Numbered from the stretch's first letter, positions 9,132 to 17,876 are shown. The stretch is 32,000 bases of DNA from Acaryochloris marina MBIC11017 (GCF_000018105.1 NC_009925.1:1710001-1742000), one strand, 5' to 3'. Numbers and translations: made by a program. Notes: a model not told the origin generated them from the letters alone.

Positions 9132-10208
9132 ATGGGCAGCGATTTCAGTAAGTGGGTCAGAATCGCCTTGTCAGAAGAGACTTTCCCCCAAGCTTCAGCC
9201 TTAACCCTATTATCGGACCCCAATATCGACCTGCTGTCCTTGGTTGCGGCAGCCGGAGAGGTGCGCATGACCTATTTTGGTCGGCAAGTAATGCTACACC
9301 GCATCAATGACATTCAAAACGGCCTCTGCCCAGAAGATTGTGGCTATTGCGCCCAGTCTAAAATTTCCGATGCCCCGATCAAAAAATATCCTCTCAAAAG
9401 CGAAGAGGACATTATCCAAGAGGCCTATGAAGCCAAAGCGAAGGGGGTATATCGCTACTGCATGGTGTCGAGCGGTCGAGGGCCAACTGCCGAACGGACC
9501 GAGCATTTAGCCCATATTATTCGCCGCATCAAAAATGAAGTGGGGATCCAAACCTGTCTTTCTGCCGGTTTAATGGACCACGAACAGGCTGCTGTCCTCA
9601 AGGAAGCAGGACTAGACCGTCTCAATCACAATCTCAATACCAGCGAGTCACACACGCCTGATATTGTCACCACCCATACGTTCCAAGATCGGATTAACAC
9701 CTTAAAAGCAGCTCGGTCAGCTGGACTAGATTTGTGTAGCGGCATGATTGCAGGTATGGGCGAAACGGACCAGGATATCGTTGACATAGCCTATCAACTG
9801 CATGAGTACCAGGTCCCCTCGATTCCCATTAACTTCCTGATACCGATTTCTGGGAATCCCATTTATGACTGTAACCAGCTCACGCCTCAACGCTGCTTAC
9901 GGATTCTGTGTCTATTTCGATTCGTGAACCCCAAAGCTGAGATTCGCATTGGAGGTGGCAGAGAAGGGCACTTAAGGAGCTTGCAAGCTCTGGCACTTTA
10001 CCCCGCCAACTCTCTTTTTGTGGAAGGATATCTAGCCACAAGAGGCCATAGTGTCGACCAAGTCTACCAGCTCATTCATGATGCAGGTTTCGAGGTTGCC
10101 GGAGAGACTTCGTTGACGGGCGATCTGAGTGCAACATCCCAATTTCAGTTGGATGACAATCCCAACATTTTGAATCCACAAACCACCATCAGTTTCTCAA
10201 ACTCATAA
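9132..10208 (+). CDS. bioB: Biotin synthase (radical SAM)
   Basis: 358 aa. It has the radical-SAM cluster CPEDCGYCAQS and BioB-like blocks (YCMVSSGRGP, NHNLNTS, CSGMIAGMGET). AGAGG lies upstream of the ATG. Confidence 0.9.
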   Translation: MGSDFSKWVRIALSEETFPQASALTLLSDPNIDLLSLVAAAGEVRMTYFGRQVMLHRINDIQNGLCPEDCGYCAQSKISDAPIKKYPLKSEEDIIQEAYEAKAKGVYRYCMVSSGRGPTAERTEHLAHIIRRIKNEVGIQTCLSAGLMDHEQAAVLKEAGLDRLNHNLNTSESHTPDIVTTHTFQDRINTLKAARSAGLDLCSGMIAGMGETDQDIVDIAYQLHEYQVPSIPINFLIPISGNPIYDCNQLTPQRCLRILCLFRFVNPKAEIRIGGGREGHLRSLQALALYPANSLFVEGYLATRGHSVDQVYQLIHDAGFEVAGETSLTGDLSATSQFQLDDNPNILNPQTTISFSNS

Positions 10209-10229
10209 GGGAAAAACATTAATCAACAG

Positions 10230-10262
10230 AAATGCCTTGAAGACTTTTTCTTCAAGGCATTT
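10230..10262. terminator. Perfect 14-bp stem / 5-nt loop hairpin between convergent bioB and the PEP-CTERM gene (candidate bidirectional terminator)
   Basis: AAATGCCTTGAAGA-CTTTT-TCTTCAAGGCATTT, read directly. A/T runs flank it on both sides, and it sits 22 nt after the bioB stop. Confidence 0.65.
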
Positions 10263-10342
10263 ATTAAGGATCGAATTTTGATCCACAACCTGAATGGTCG
10301 AATATAATCACCCAGGCTATGCGAGTCTGCAGTCTGAGAATA

Positions 10343-11002
10343 TTAGCGAGAACGGTTCATCTTCCGTTTAGCCAACACACCAACAACTCCCAAGCAGGCA
10401 AATAAACCAGCGGTAGCCGCTTCAGCAGGCTCAGGAACGCTAGGAGGAGCTGGATCAGGAGGGTCAATTACTGGAGGTGCAGGGTCAGCGGGATCATCAT
10501 CGCCTCCAACCACAAAAGGAATCGCTGCTGCTGCTGCGCCTGCTGGAATCAATGCAGCTGCCAAAGGGAAACCTGCGGCAGCGGGAAGACCCCCTTCAGG
10601 GGCGACACCGCCAATTCCACAATCAATCAACCCATTCTCTGCAATGAGGGTCTGAGAGGACAGCAATCCGGTTGACACATCCGAGGTGGTCGCATTAGCC
10701 AGCAAGTTGGGTCCCGAAGATTGGCTCAATGGCCCCGAGGATTCTTGTAAAGCTTCAGGGGAAATAATGGGCTCTTCTTCACAAACATCGCTTTGAGCGG
10801 TCTCTGTATTGAGCTTTGAGTCAGCCTCAATCGAATCCCCAAGACCAAGCTGAGCAGCATGGCTGAAGGGAGTATTGATAGCGTTATACAAAACGACCAA
10901 CGATAAGGCAGTCAATGAGCCACATGTCTTTAACAATTTCATAGTTGAGATTCGATCCTTAGATAGTTTTCCCCGCTTGATATTCGAAGACGAAGCTACC
11001 AT
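10343..11002 (-). CDS. Secreted PEP-CTERM sorting-domain protein, Ala/Pro/Gly/Ser-rich
   Basis: 219 aa. The C-terminus ...PSVPEPAEAATAGLFACLGVVGVLAKRKMNRSR is a PEP motif, a TM and a basic cluster. A signal-peptide-like MKLLKTCGSLTALSLVVLYNAINTPFSHA begins at the second Met, so the real start is probably 10942. Confidence 0.75.
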   Translation of the reverse strand: MVASSSNIKRGKLSKDRISTMKLLKTCGSLTALSLVVLYNAINTPFSHAAQLGLGDSIEADSKLNTETAQSDVCEEEPIISPEALQESSGPLSQSSGPNLLANATTSDVSTGLLSSQTLIAENGLIDCGIGGVAPEGGLPAAAGFPLAAALIPAGAAAAAIPFVVGGDDDPADPAPPVIDPPDPAPPSVPEPAEAATAGLFACLGVVGVLAKRKMNRSR

Positions 11003-11269
11003 AAATCTGCGAAATAGGCGGTGTAAGCCAATACTTATGCAAATTTTCAGGTACTCGCTACATTATGCCAAACAACTCCGAAAAAGCAACTAGAGTCAGT
11101 TGAGGTTAGGATTGAAAATTATTCCCTGGACAAATTTTAGAGCCCTCACTCCTTTGGATTGGAAAAATTCAGCAAACCTTAATCTCTTGAAACAGAATCC
11201 AAATTTTTCCCAGAGGGGAACCGTAATACCTGTGAGAGCAACACATCCACAGCAATGGAAATTCCTTCG

Positions 11270-11285
11270 CCTTAAACGTTTAAGG
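11270..11285. promoter_or_regulatory. Perfect 16-bp palindrome CCTTAAACGTTTAAGG in an ORF-free gap
   Basis: Read directly. Function unknown; it could be a protein-binding site or a hairpin. Confidence 0.3.
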
Positions 11286-11458
11286 TTTGCGAACAATCTC
11301 TTCTGGTGCCCTCTCAATCCAGAGATCATTTGCGTAGTTCCGATAAATGAAGCCTAGTCAAGAATTTAGAACATTCTTTCATGGCTATGCCGTTTTAATC
11401 CTAATGATTCAAAATTCTCTGAACTTAAGCGAATCGATTAAAACGCTTTAAAGCAGCA

Positions 11459-11490
11459 ATGCCCTCTGCAAAAGATATTGCAGAGGGCAT
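11459..11490. other. Perfect 12-bp stem / 8-nt loop hairpin in an ORF-free gap
   Basis: ATGCCCTCTGCA-AAAGATAT-TGCAGAGGGCAT, read directly. On the minus strand a T-rich stretch (TGCTGCTTTAAAGCGTTTT) follows it but is not immediately adjacent, so it is not a textbook intrinsic terminator. Confidence 0.4.
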
Positions 11491-11953
11491 CCACTGAGAT
11501 TAAGGAAAGTCCCTTCGACACTAGCAGCATCCATACCCCGTAATGCTTGGATTTTAGGCCTGCTAATTTGCGCCTTACCCTTTCGGTGCAAGTTGCCATT
11601 TCGGGGACTTGAACTGGGCTTATGCGGGGGGTATGACAGCCCAATGAACCTAACATAGCTGGAAACACCCGATAGGCTAAACCGCAGAACTACTGAACTT
11701 GAGGAATATTTTTGGGGAAAATTTTCCGTACTATTTCGGATTTTTTTGAAGGAATCGCTAAAATCCTCTGAGCGCAAGATAATCAAACTTTGACCGCCCC
11801 ACTGATCTCTTTAGAACAATATCCGTGCTTATACGGATGCATCAATATCAATATTGAGTTCTATAAAAACCTCAAGAGCGAGCAGACAGAAGCTATGTCA
11901 CACTAGATCACTGTGCAGATTGCATTGTGATCAACGATTCAAACATTTAAAGC

Positions 11954-12964
11954 ATGGGTAAGCAACGTGTTCTTTCAGGTGTCCAACCCACTGGCACCCT
12001 TCACTTAGGTAATTACTTGGGAGCCATTCGGAATTGGGTCGAAGGACAGAGTAACTATGAAAACTATTTTTTTATTGCGGATCTCCATGCCATCACTGTT
12101 CCCCATGATCCTCAACAACTAGCCGATAATACCTATTCCCTTGCTGCCCTGTATTTGGCCTGCGGCTTAGATCCTGAACACACTACAATCTTTGTTCAGT
12201 CCCATATCTCTGCCCATGCAGAACTGGCCTGGCTATTTAACTGCATTACACCGCTTAATTGGCTCGAGCGCATGATCCAGTTCAAAGAGAAGGCCCTTAA
12301 GCAAGGAGAGAACGTCAGCATTGGCTTACTCGACTATCCCGTTTTACAAGCTGCCGACATCCTGCTGTATCAAGCGGATCTAGTGCCCGTGGGAGAAGAC
12401 CAAAAGCAGCATCTAGAGCTCACCAGAGATATTGCAGCCCGTCTAAACTTTCAGTATGGAACCGAAGAGAATCCTATTCTCAAGGTGCCAGAGCCTCTTA
12501 TTCGGCCAGAGGGGGCCCGGATCATGAGCCTGACAGACGGCACTAATAAAATGTCAAAGTCAGATCCCTCGGAACAAAGTCGAATTACCTTACTAGACAC
12601 TCCCGATCAAATTCGCAATAAAATTAAGCGCTGCAAAACTGATCCCGTCCGAGGACTGAGTTTTGATGATCCAGACCGCCCAGAATGCCAAAATCTGCTG
12701 ACCTTATATCAGTTAATGTCAGGGCAAGCTAAAACGGCAGTCGCAGAGGAATGTGCAGAGATGGGCTGGGGACAGTTCAAGCCCCTGCTGACTGAGGTAA
12801 TGATTGAGGGCCTGCGCCCCATCCAAGACCGCTATACAGCGTTAATGACGAATAAACAAGATTTGGAGGGGGTTCTCCAACAGGGCAAAGACCAAGCCAG
12901 TGAGATTGCCAACAAGACCTTAACGAAGGTCAAGGATGCTTTGGGTTATTCTCGGCCCCTCTAA
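11954..12964 (+). CDS. trpS: Tryptophan--tRNA ligase
   Basis: 336 aa. It has the class I motifs GVQPTGTLHLGNYLG (HIGH-type) and KMSKS, plus the TrpRS-typical GEDQKQHLELTRDIA. Confidence 0.95.
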   Translation: MGKQRVLSGVQPTGTLHLGNYLGAIRNWVEGQSNYENYFFIADLHAITVPHDPQQLADNTYSLAALYLACGLDPEHTTIFVQSHISAHAELAWLFNCITPLNWLERMIQFKEKALKQGENVSIGLLDYPVLQAADILLYQADLVPVGEDQKQHLELTRDIAARLNFQYGTEENPILKVPEPLIRPEGARIMSLTDGTNKMSKSDPSEQSRITLLDTPDQIRNKIKRCKTDPVRGLSFDDPDRPECQNLLTLYQLMSGQAKTAVAEECAEMGWGQFKPLLTEVMIEGLRPIQDRYTALMTNKQDLEGVLQQGKDQASEIANKTLTKVKDALGYSRPL

Positions 12965-14928
12965 GGGTGACTGGTTTGGGTAACCGGCATTAGATCTTGG
13001 GAGTCACTAGGCGCCTCTAAGGGCAGCGTGAAATGAAATGCGCTGCCTTGATCGCGTCCGGCAGATTCCGCCCAGATTCTGCCATTCATCCCTTGAATCA
13101 CTTGTCGGCAAATGGCTAATCCCAAGCCCGTACCGCCTTTACTACGCCGCAGAAAGTCTTCTTCTTGATAGAAAGAATCAAAGATAGATTCCAATCGGCT
13201 CGGCTCAATGCCTCTCCCAGTATCGGCGACAATGACTTCCAAACAGTCATCGTCTGGGGCAATATGAGCTTGAATGGTCACTTCTCCATCCACCCCTGTG
13301 AACTTACAAGCATTATCCAGAATCCGATTAAGCACTTCTTCTAGGCCTTCCGCATCGACCTGAATGGTGGGTAGATGCGGATCAACCTCCACACTGATGG
13401 TGGGTAAATCTTTACTGTTATTGCTCGATCGCATGGAACTCAAGGCCAGCTCTAGGGTTTCTTGAAATTCAATGGACTCAATTTGGTTATAGATTTGTCC
13501 CCCCTCTAACCGAGAGAGAATTAGAATATCTTGAATCAAATCCCGCAAACGACCTAAGTCTTCTAGGGCCGTGCTCAGGAGAGCTTGGCGAAAGACTGGC
13601 GAAATATCCGGTTCACTATCCAAACTTTCTAAACAAACCTGGATAGTAGACAGGGGAGTCCGCAGTTCATGGCCAACAATGGCAATCAAATTACTCCGGG
13701 TTTGTTCGAGAGCAGCCAAGTTGCGGTTAAGGGATTCAGAATCTGAATAGGCTTGAGCTTGGGTGAGGGCAACCCCGGCTTGGGCAGCAATGGCTTCGAC
13801 TAGGGCAATATCATTTTCATGCCACTGATAAATCAGGGGTCCACCATGGTGCAACTCTAAGACCCCCAACAATTCTCCCTGATGTCGAATCGGGGCAATC
13901 AACCAGGAATGAATTTGCCATTGTTCTAACTTGGCTGCAAATTTTTTATCTTGGCGCAGGTGTTGAACTTCAAAGACATCGGCAATGGCAATGGCCCGTT
14001 CTTGGGCTAGAGCAACAGATAAGAGAGGGTTGGTGCTAATGGGCCAGGGGGTTCCTTGTAAGGAGGGCAAGCCTGGGGCCACAAATTCATATTCAATTTC
14101 AACGGCTTCATCGGTGCGATCGCAACAGTAGAGAATACACCGACAATGCTCGAATACTTTACCTAACTCATTGACGGCAACCGCCAACACTTCTTTCGGG
14201 TCAAGGGATTGGCGGATCGCAGCCGTCATGGCATTGGCAAACCGCTCTTTTCGTTCTTTAGCCGATAGGGCTCGATAGGCTTTGAGTAATTTGTATTGAC
14301 TCGCCTGTAAATAAGTCACCAATCGCTGGCCAAACACCCGAGATTGCAAGACAGGCAAGGGGGGAATGGAAGAAGTCGAAGTTAAACAGTATTGCTTCTT
14401 GGCCTTTTTGACTTTAGACGCCAGCTCAGGACGATATTGGGCAATCCGATCCAACAGAAGGCTGGCGGCATGCAGGCACACGTCTCGTTCAAAGGTCCAA
14501 ATGCCTTCGTACCGTTGAGACTGTTCGACGGACGTGAGTACTTTCTTCTGTTCTTGGCAGGCCAAGCAGGCCGTGTAGTCTTGACCCACGATAATCAAAT
14601 GTTTTTCGTTGGCCAGACTATCCTCAAGATCGAGGGGAATGGTTTCGTATTGATCGGATGCGATCGCAAAACTGGATTCCGGTTCAGGGGCTGCCAGAAC
14701 ATAGACATGGTCTGTCTTTTGAGCAATACGCTGATATCGACGGGTTTCTTGGCGATAAAAGCGCTCCTGTTGAAAACTAGCAATGACGAGGGGGGCTTCA
14801 TTTCCCGCCAGCACAACATCTTCAATGGCCCGACAGAGAGCATTGAGAGACGACTTAAAATACATCTGTGGATGCAGATCTGGTAAGTCCGTTAACAGAG
14901 TCTGCAACAAAGAGTCTAAATTACTCAC
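12961..14928 (-). CDS. Cytoplasmic sensor histidine kinase: N-terminal sensory domain (DICT-like?) - GAF - HisKA - HATPase_c
   Basis: 655 aa with no TM segment. A GAF-like core spans about aa 235-390 (...IHSWLIAPIRHQGELLGVLELHH...). The H-box is GHELRTPLSTI and the N-box ILDNACKF. The G-boxes are DTGRGI and GTGLGLAICRQ. From memory, the N-terminal ~130 aa (LVIASFQQERFYRQETRRYQRIA..HVYVLA) resembles the DICT domain. Confidence 0.9.
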   Translation of the reverse strand: MSNLDSLLQTLLTDLPDLHPQMYFKSSLNALCRAIEDVVLAGNEAPLVIASFQQERFYRQETRRYQRIAQKTDHVYVLAAPEPESSFAIASDQYETIPLDLEDSLANEKHLIIVGQDYTACLACQEQKKVLTSVEQSQRYEGIWTFERDVCLHAASLLLDRIAQYRPELASKVKKAKKQYCLTSTSSIPPLPVLQSRVFGQRLVTYLQASQYKLLKAYRALSAKERKERFANAMTAAIRQSLDPKEVLAVAVNELGKVFEHCRCILYCCDRTDEAVEIEYEFVAPGLPSLQGTPWPISTNPLLSVALAQERAIAIADVFEVQHLRQDKKFAAKLEQWQIHSWLIAPIRHQGELLGVLELHHGGPLIYQWHENDIALVEAIAAQAGVALTQAQAYSDSESLNRNLAALEQTRSNLIAIVGHELRTPLSTIQVCLESLDSEPDISPVFRQALLSTALEDLGRLRDLIQDILILSRLEGGQIYNQIESIEFQETLELALSSMRSSNNSKDLPTISVEVDPHLPTIQVDAEGLEEVLNRILDNACKFTGVDGEVTIQAHIAPDDDCLEVIVADTGRGIEPSRLESIFDSFYQEEDFLRRSKGGTGLGLAICRQVIQGMNGRIWAESAGRDQGSAFHFTLPLEAPSDSQDLMPVTQTSHP

Positions 14929-15084
14929 ACCAACAGCTTGCTGAATCTTGCTTAGATTAGGGACAACGGCCTGACACTAGTAGGGAAAGTTAACAGCAGA
15001 AAAAAGCGAACTGAGGCTCGTTTTGGCGTGAAACCAAGGATCGCCCCCCCTTATGGCTAACAAGGTTCGGATAACCAACAAAAT

Positions 15085-15108
15085 ATAAATTCAGAAATAT
15101 GAATTTAT
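15085..15108. promoter_or_regulatory. 9-bp perfect inverted repeat with 6-nt spacer in a divergent promoter region
   Basis: ATAAATTCA-GAAATA-TGAATTTAT, read directly. It lies between the divergently transcribed GAF kinase (start 14928) and the solute-binding protein gene (start 15334). Confidence 0.3.
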
Positions 15109-15333
15109 GATTGACCCAGTACTAGCCAGCATAGCGCAGGACGGTGCCCTTAATGCTGTACTTCACTAGACTTAGCCAAGTTCTACCCATCGACAATTGG
15201 GGCTCATTTTTATCCTAGATCGACCGTTAATCTATGCAGCAGCGAATGAGGTATCGGAACAAAGTCACGAGAAAAGGATTCGGATCAGCGTAAACTGTTA
15301 CTCAATATTTTCTGACAAGCGATCGCATAACCC

Positions 15334-16614
15334 ATGATTCAACGAAAAACTTGGCAACGCTTTGGCCTCTTAACCTTACTCGGGATATTCCTGAGTTGGT
15401 TAATTAGCTGCACACCAGCCTCCCAAAGTAATGGCAATACCCTGGATTTTTGGACGATGCAGCTCTCGCCCAAATTCGACACCTATTTTGAGCAGGTTAT
15501 TGACCAGTTTGAAAAAGAGAATCCAGAGATCAAGGTGAAGTGGACGGATGTGCCCTGGTCGGCCATGCAGAGTAAAATTCTTGCGGCTGTCGCTGCGAAA
15601 ACGGCTCCTGATGTCGTCAATCTCAATCCTGACTTTGCCTCTCAGCTAGCCAGTAAAGGGAGTTGGTTGGACTTAGATGAAGCCATCGGCCAAGCCGATC
15701 GCGATCGCTATCTCTCTAATATTTGGGATGCCAGTTCCTTGAACGGCAAAACCTTTGGCATCCCCTGGTACTTAACGGCCCGGATCGCCATTTACAACAA
15801 AGGAATTTTTGATGAAGCTGGCATCTCAGAGCCTCCTAAGACCTATGCAGAATTGGCAGCTGCAGCTAAGAAAATCAAAGATAAAACGGGGAAATATGCC
15901 TTCTTTGTAACCACAGTGCCCACGGATTCTGGAGAGTTAATGGAATCCTTTGTCCAAATGGGGGTCAAGCTAGTGGATCCCGCAGGTAAGGCCGCCTTTA
16001 ACTCCCCGGAGGGGAAAGCCGCCTTCCAATATTGGGTGGATCTCTACAAGCAAAAATTAATCCCCCCCGCAGTACTGACCGAAGGACACAAGCGAGCCGT
16101 TGATTTATATCAATCAGGGGAAGTGGCCTTGCTATCTTCCAGCCCTCAATTTTTGAATAGTGTTAAAACCAATGCCCCTGACATTGCCAAAAACTCTGTT
16201 GCGGCCCCTCAAATTACAGGCCCCACGGGCAAAAAAAATGTGGCGGTCATGAACCTGATCATCCCTAAAGATACGGATAAAGCAGAAGCAGCCCTTAAAT
16301 TCGCCCTGTTTGTCACCAACCCTGAGAATCAGCTCACCTTTGCTAAAGAAGCTGATGTTCTGCCTTCTACCACAGAGTCTCTAGCAAATCCCTATTTCAG
16401 CGAAGTCAAAGACGGCGATGATATCTCCCAAGCTCGGGTCGTCAGCGCCCAACAAATGGAAGATGCTGAGATATTGATTCCGGCCATGAAGGACATCAAA
16501 AAACTGCAGAAAATCCTCTATGAGAATCTGCAGCAGGCCATGCTCGATAAGAAGTCGGTGGATCAAGCCATCACCGATGCCGAGAAAGCTTGGAATCAAA
16601 CCGTGGGGGCATAG
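15334..16614 (+). CDS. ABC transporter solute-binding lipoprotein (family 1, carbohydrate-type)
   Basis: 426 aa. The signal peptide carries a lipobox (LSWLISC). The sequence is typical of sugar-binding SBPs (DFWTMQ..., WTDVPW, GIPWYL, TNPENQL). No permease or ATPase gene is adjacent. Confidence 0.85.
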   Translation: MIQRKTWQRFGLLTLLGIFLSWLISCTPASQSNGNTLDFWTMQLSPKFDTYFEQVIDQFEKENPEIKVKWTDVPWSAMQSKILAAVAAKTAPDVVNLNPDFASQLASKGSWLDLDEAIGQADRDRYLSNIWDASSLNGKTFGIPWYLTARIAIYNKGIFDEAGISEPPKTYAELAAAAKKIKDKTGKYAFFVTTVPTDSGELMESFVQMGVKLVDPAGKAAFNSPEGKAAFQYWVDLYKQKLIPPAVLTEGHKRAVDLYQSGEVALLSSSPQFLNSVKTNAPDIAKNSVAAPQITGPTGKKNVAVMNLIIPKDTDKAEAALKFALFVTNPENQLTFAKEADVLPSTTESLANPYFSEVKDGDDISQARVVSAQQMEDAEILIPAMKDIKKLQKILYENLQQAMLDKKSVDQAITDAEKAWNQTVGA

Positions 16615-17876
16615 GTCTGAAGATAGTGACCTACGAGATATAACGAACCACATAACACATGCATAGAGGATGTCTGAGACTCAGGTCGAAAGGCATCCTT
16701 CAATGCTTTTTCTAGGCTGGTAAAGCACTGACAACGCGCCAGCCCAGGACAAACCGTCTTCGCTAGTTCTGCTAAGGCTTGGGGTTCAGCGCTACTGTGG
16801 CCGGGAACTGGAACGAGAGATAGGGTATCCCCTGGCTGTAGAAGAATCTCCAGAATATCTTGGTGATCCTTAGTGGATAACATACCCATGAGCCAATGGA
16901 CCTGAGACGGTTGCTGGCTGTCCACATACTGTCGTAAGCCTCGGGCTGCTGCAACATTATGGGCACCATCAATCAGTAATGGATGTTGTTGCCAGTTAAC
17001 CCACTGCAGCCGTCCCGGCCAACGGGTATTCGCCATCCCGGTGATAATGGCTTCATCTGAAATTTGCCAGCCTTGGAGTTGAAGTTGTTTGAGGGTTGCG
17101 ATCGCAACCGCCGTATTCGTCAATTGAATCTCCCCCGGCAAGCTGAGAGGGAATCTCACACCCGCCGATTCTGCCCAAGGCAACGTATCAGGAGTGGCAT
17201 GGGGAGCTTCAACTCGCCGAGCCGGTTGAGGCCAGATCGCCGGACAATTGAGTTTTTGAATTTTGGCTTGGACTACTGCTGCAGCTTCGGGGGGTAGGAG
17301 ACCCACTACAGCAGGCCGCTGAGGCTTCAAAACCCCTGCCTTTTCCCCAGCGATATCGGCCAGAGTCGGTCCCAAGCGCTGCCAATGTTCGCGACTTAAT
17401 GAGGTAATCACGCTGACTAAGGGCTGCTCACAAACATTCGTCGCATCTAACCGTCCCCCCAGGCCCACTTCAATCACCGCCAGATCCACCTGCTGCTGAG
17501 CAAAATACTGCCAAGCCAGGGCAGTAATCACCTCAAATTGGGTGAGAGGGGACGGCAAGGCAATCGAGGCCAGCTCCGCCTCTAAATCCACTAGAAGCTG
17601 CGTCAGAGCTGAAGTCTCAATGGGCTGATTATTAATACAAATTCGTTCAGTCCAGTCCACCAAATGGGGAGAGGTATAGCGGCCGACTCGATACCCAGCC
17701 GCTGTTAAGACGGACGACAGATAGGCACAAACAGACCCCTTGCCATTCGTACCTGCCACATGAATGATCGGCACCTGCAGGTGAGGTTGGCCAATTTGAT
17801 CAAGCAGATACTGAATCCGCTCTAAGCCCAGATGGATACCAAATCGCTCGTAACGACTAATTAAAGATGAAAACAA
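16596..17876 (-). CDS. folC: Bifunctional folylpolyglutamate synthase / dihydrofolate synthase
   Basis: 426 aa. It has the Mur-ligase P-loop HVAGTNGKGSV, YTSPHLVDWTERI, EVGLGGRLDATN and DGAHN. Confidence 0.9.
   Translation of the reverse strand: MFSSLISRYERFGIHLGLERIQYLLDQIGQPHLQVPIIHVAGTNGKGSVCAYLSSVLTAAGYRVGRYTSPHLVDWTERICINNQPIETSALTQLLVDLEAELASIALPSPLTQFEVITALAWQYFAQQQVDLAVIEVGLGGRLDATNVCEQPLVSVITSLSREHWQRLGPTLADIAGEKAGVLKPQRPAVVGLLPPEAAAVVQAKIQKLNCPAIWPQPARRVEAPHATPDTLPWAESAGVRFPLSLPGEIQLTNTAVAIATLKQLQLQGWQISDEAIITGMANTRWPGRLQWVNWQQHPLLIDGAHNVAAARGLRQYVDSQQPSQVHWLMGMLSTKDHQDILEILLQPGDTLSLVPVPGHSSAEPQALAELAKTVCPGLARCQCFTSLEKALKDAFRPESQTSSMHVLCGSLYLVGHYLQTYAPTV
17094..17109. repeat. HIP1 (GCGATCGC) embedded in a 16-bp perfect palindrome GGTTGCGATCGCAACC
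   Basis: Read directly. It is one of at least 18 exact HIP1 octamers I located. They start at 600, 4107, 4462, 4607, 5313, 7573, 14116, 14660, 15319, 15701, 17098, 21389, 22077, 23174, 26564, 31404 and 31788, among others. Confidence 0.9.

Noticed and set aside
11096-11230. GGATTGAAAA / GGATTGGAAAAA words resemble the ends of cyanobacterial CRISPR repeats.
   Set aside because: There are only two loose, irregularly spaced copies. There is no regular repeat-spacer periodicity and there are no cas genes.
11500-11515. AAGGAAAGTCCC on the plus strand resembles the RNase P RNA GAGGAAAGUCCGGGC box.
   Set aside because: The other universally conserved RNase P elements (ACAGAAA..., AGAUGAAUG-type regions, ~400 nt architecture) are absent.
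11598-11625. On the minus strand, AGTTCAAGTCC looks like a tRNA T-loop.
   Set aside because: The flanking pentamers (CCCAG / CCCCG) cannot pair as a T-stem, and no acceptor, D or anticodon arms can be drawn. I found no tRNA anywhere in the window.
11096-11786. Track ORFs sit in the long gap (11096..11329 -, 11100..11357 +, 11438..11668 -, 11448..11786 -).
   Set aside because: They are mutually overlapping, in different frames and on both strands. Their composition is K/R/S/L/F/C-rich and non-protein-like, with no motifs and no RBS context, so I treat the region as non-coding.
11785-11812. On the minus strand the sequence reads GGGGCGGTCAAAGTTTGATT, which resembles the 5' end of tmRNA (GGGGCUG..GGUUUCGAC).
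   Set aside because: No complementary 3' acceptor strand with CCA follows on that strand. There is also no T-arm (GGxxTTCGAxTCC) and no plausible ANNIV..-type tag reading frame. A circularly permuted arrangement does not fit either.
14392-14886. A 164-aa ORF lies antisense to the GAF histidine kinase. Similar antisense or out-of-frame ORFs occur at 2840..3178, 4743..5081, 7163..7573, 20057..20509, 20685..21122 and 24573..24935.
   Set aside because: All lie entirely or mostly inside strongly supported genes. Their composition is biased (R/S/P/C-rich) and they carry no recognisable motifs, which is typical of shadow ORFs.
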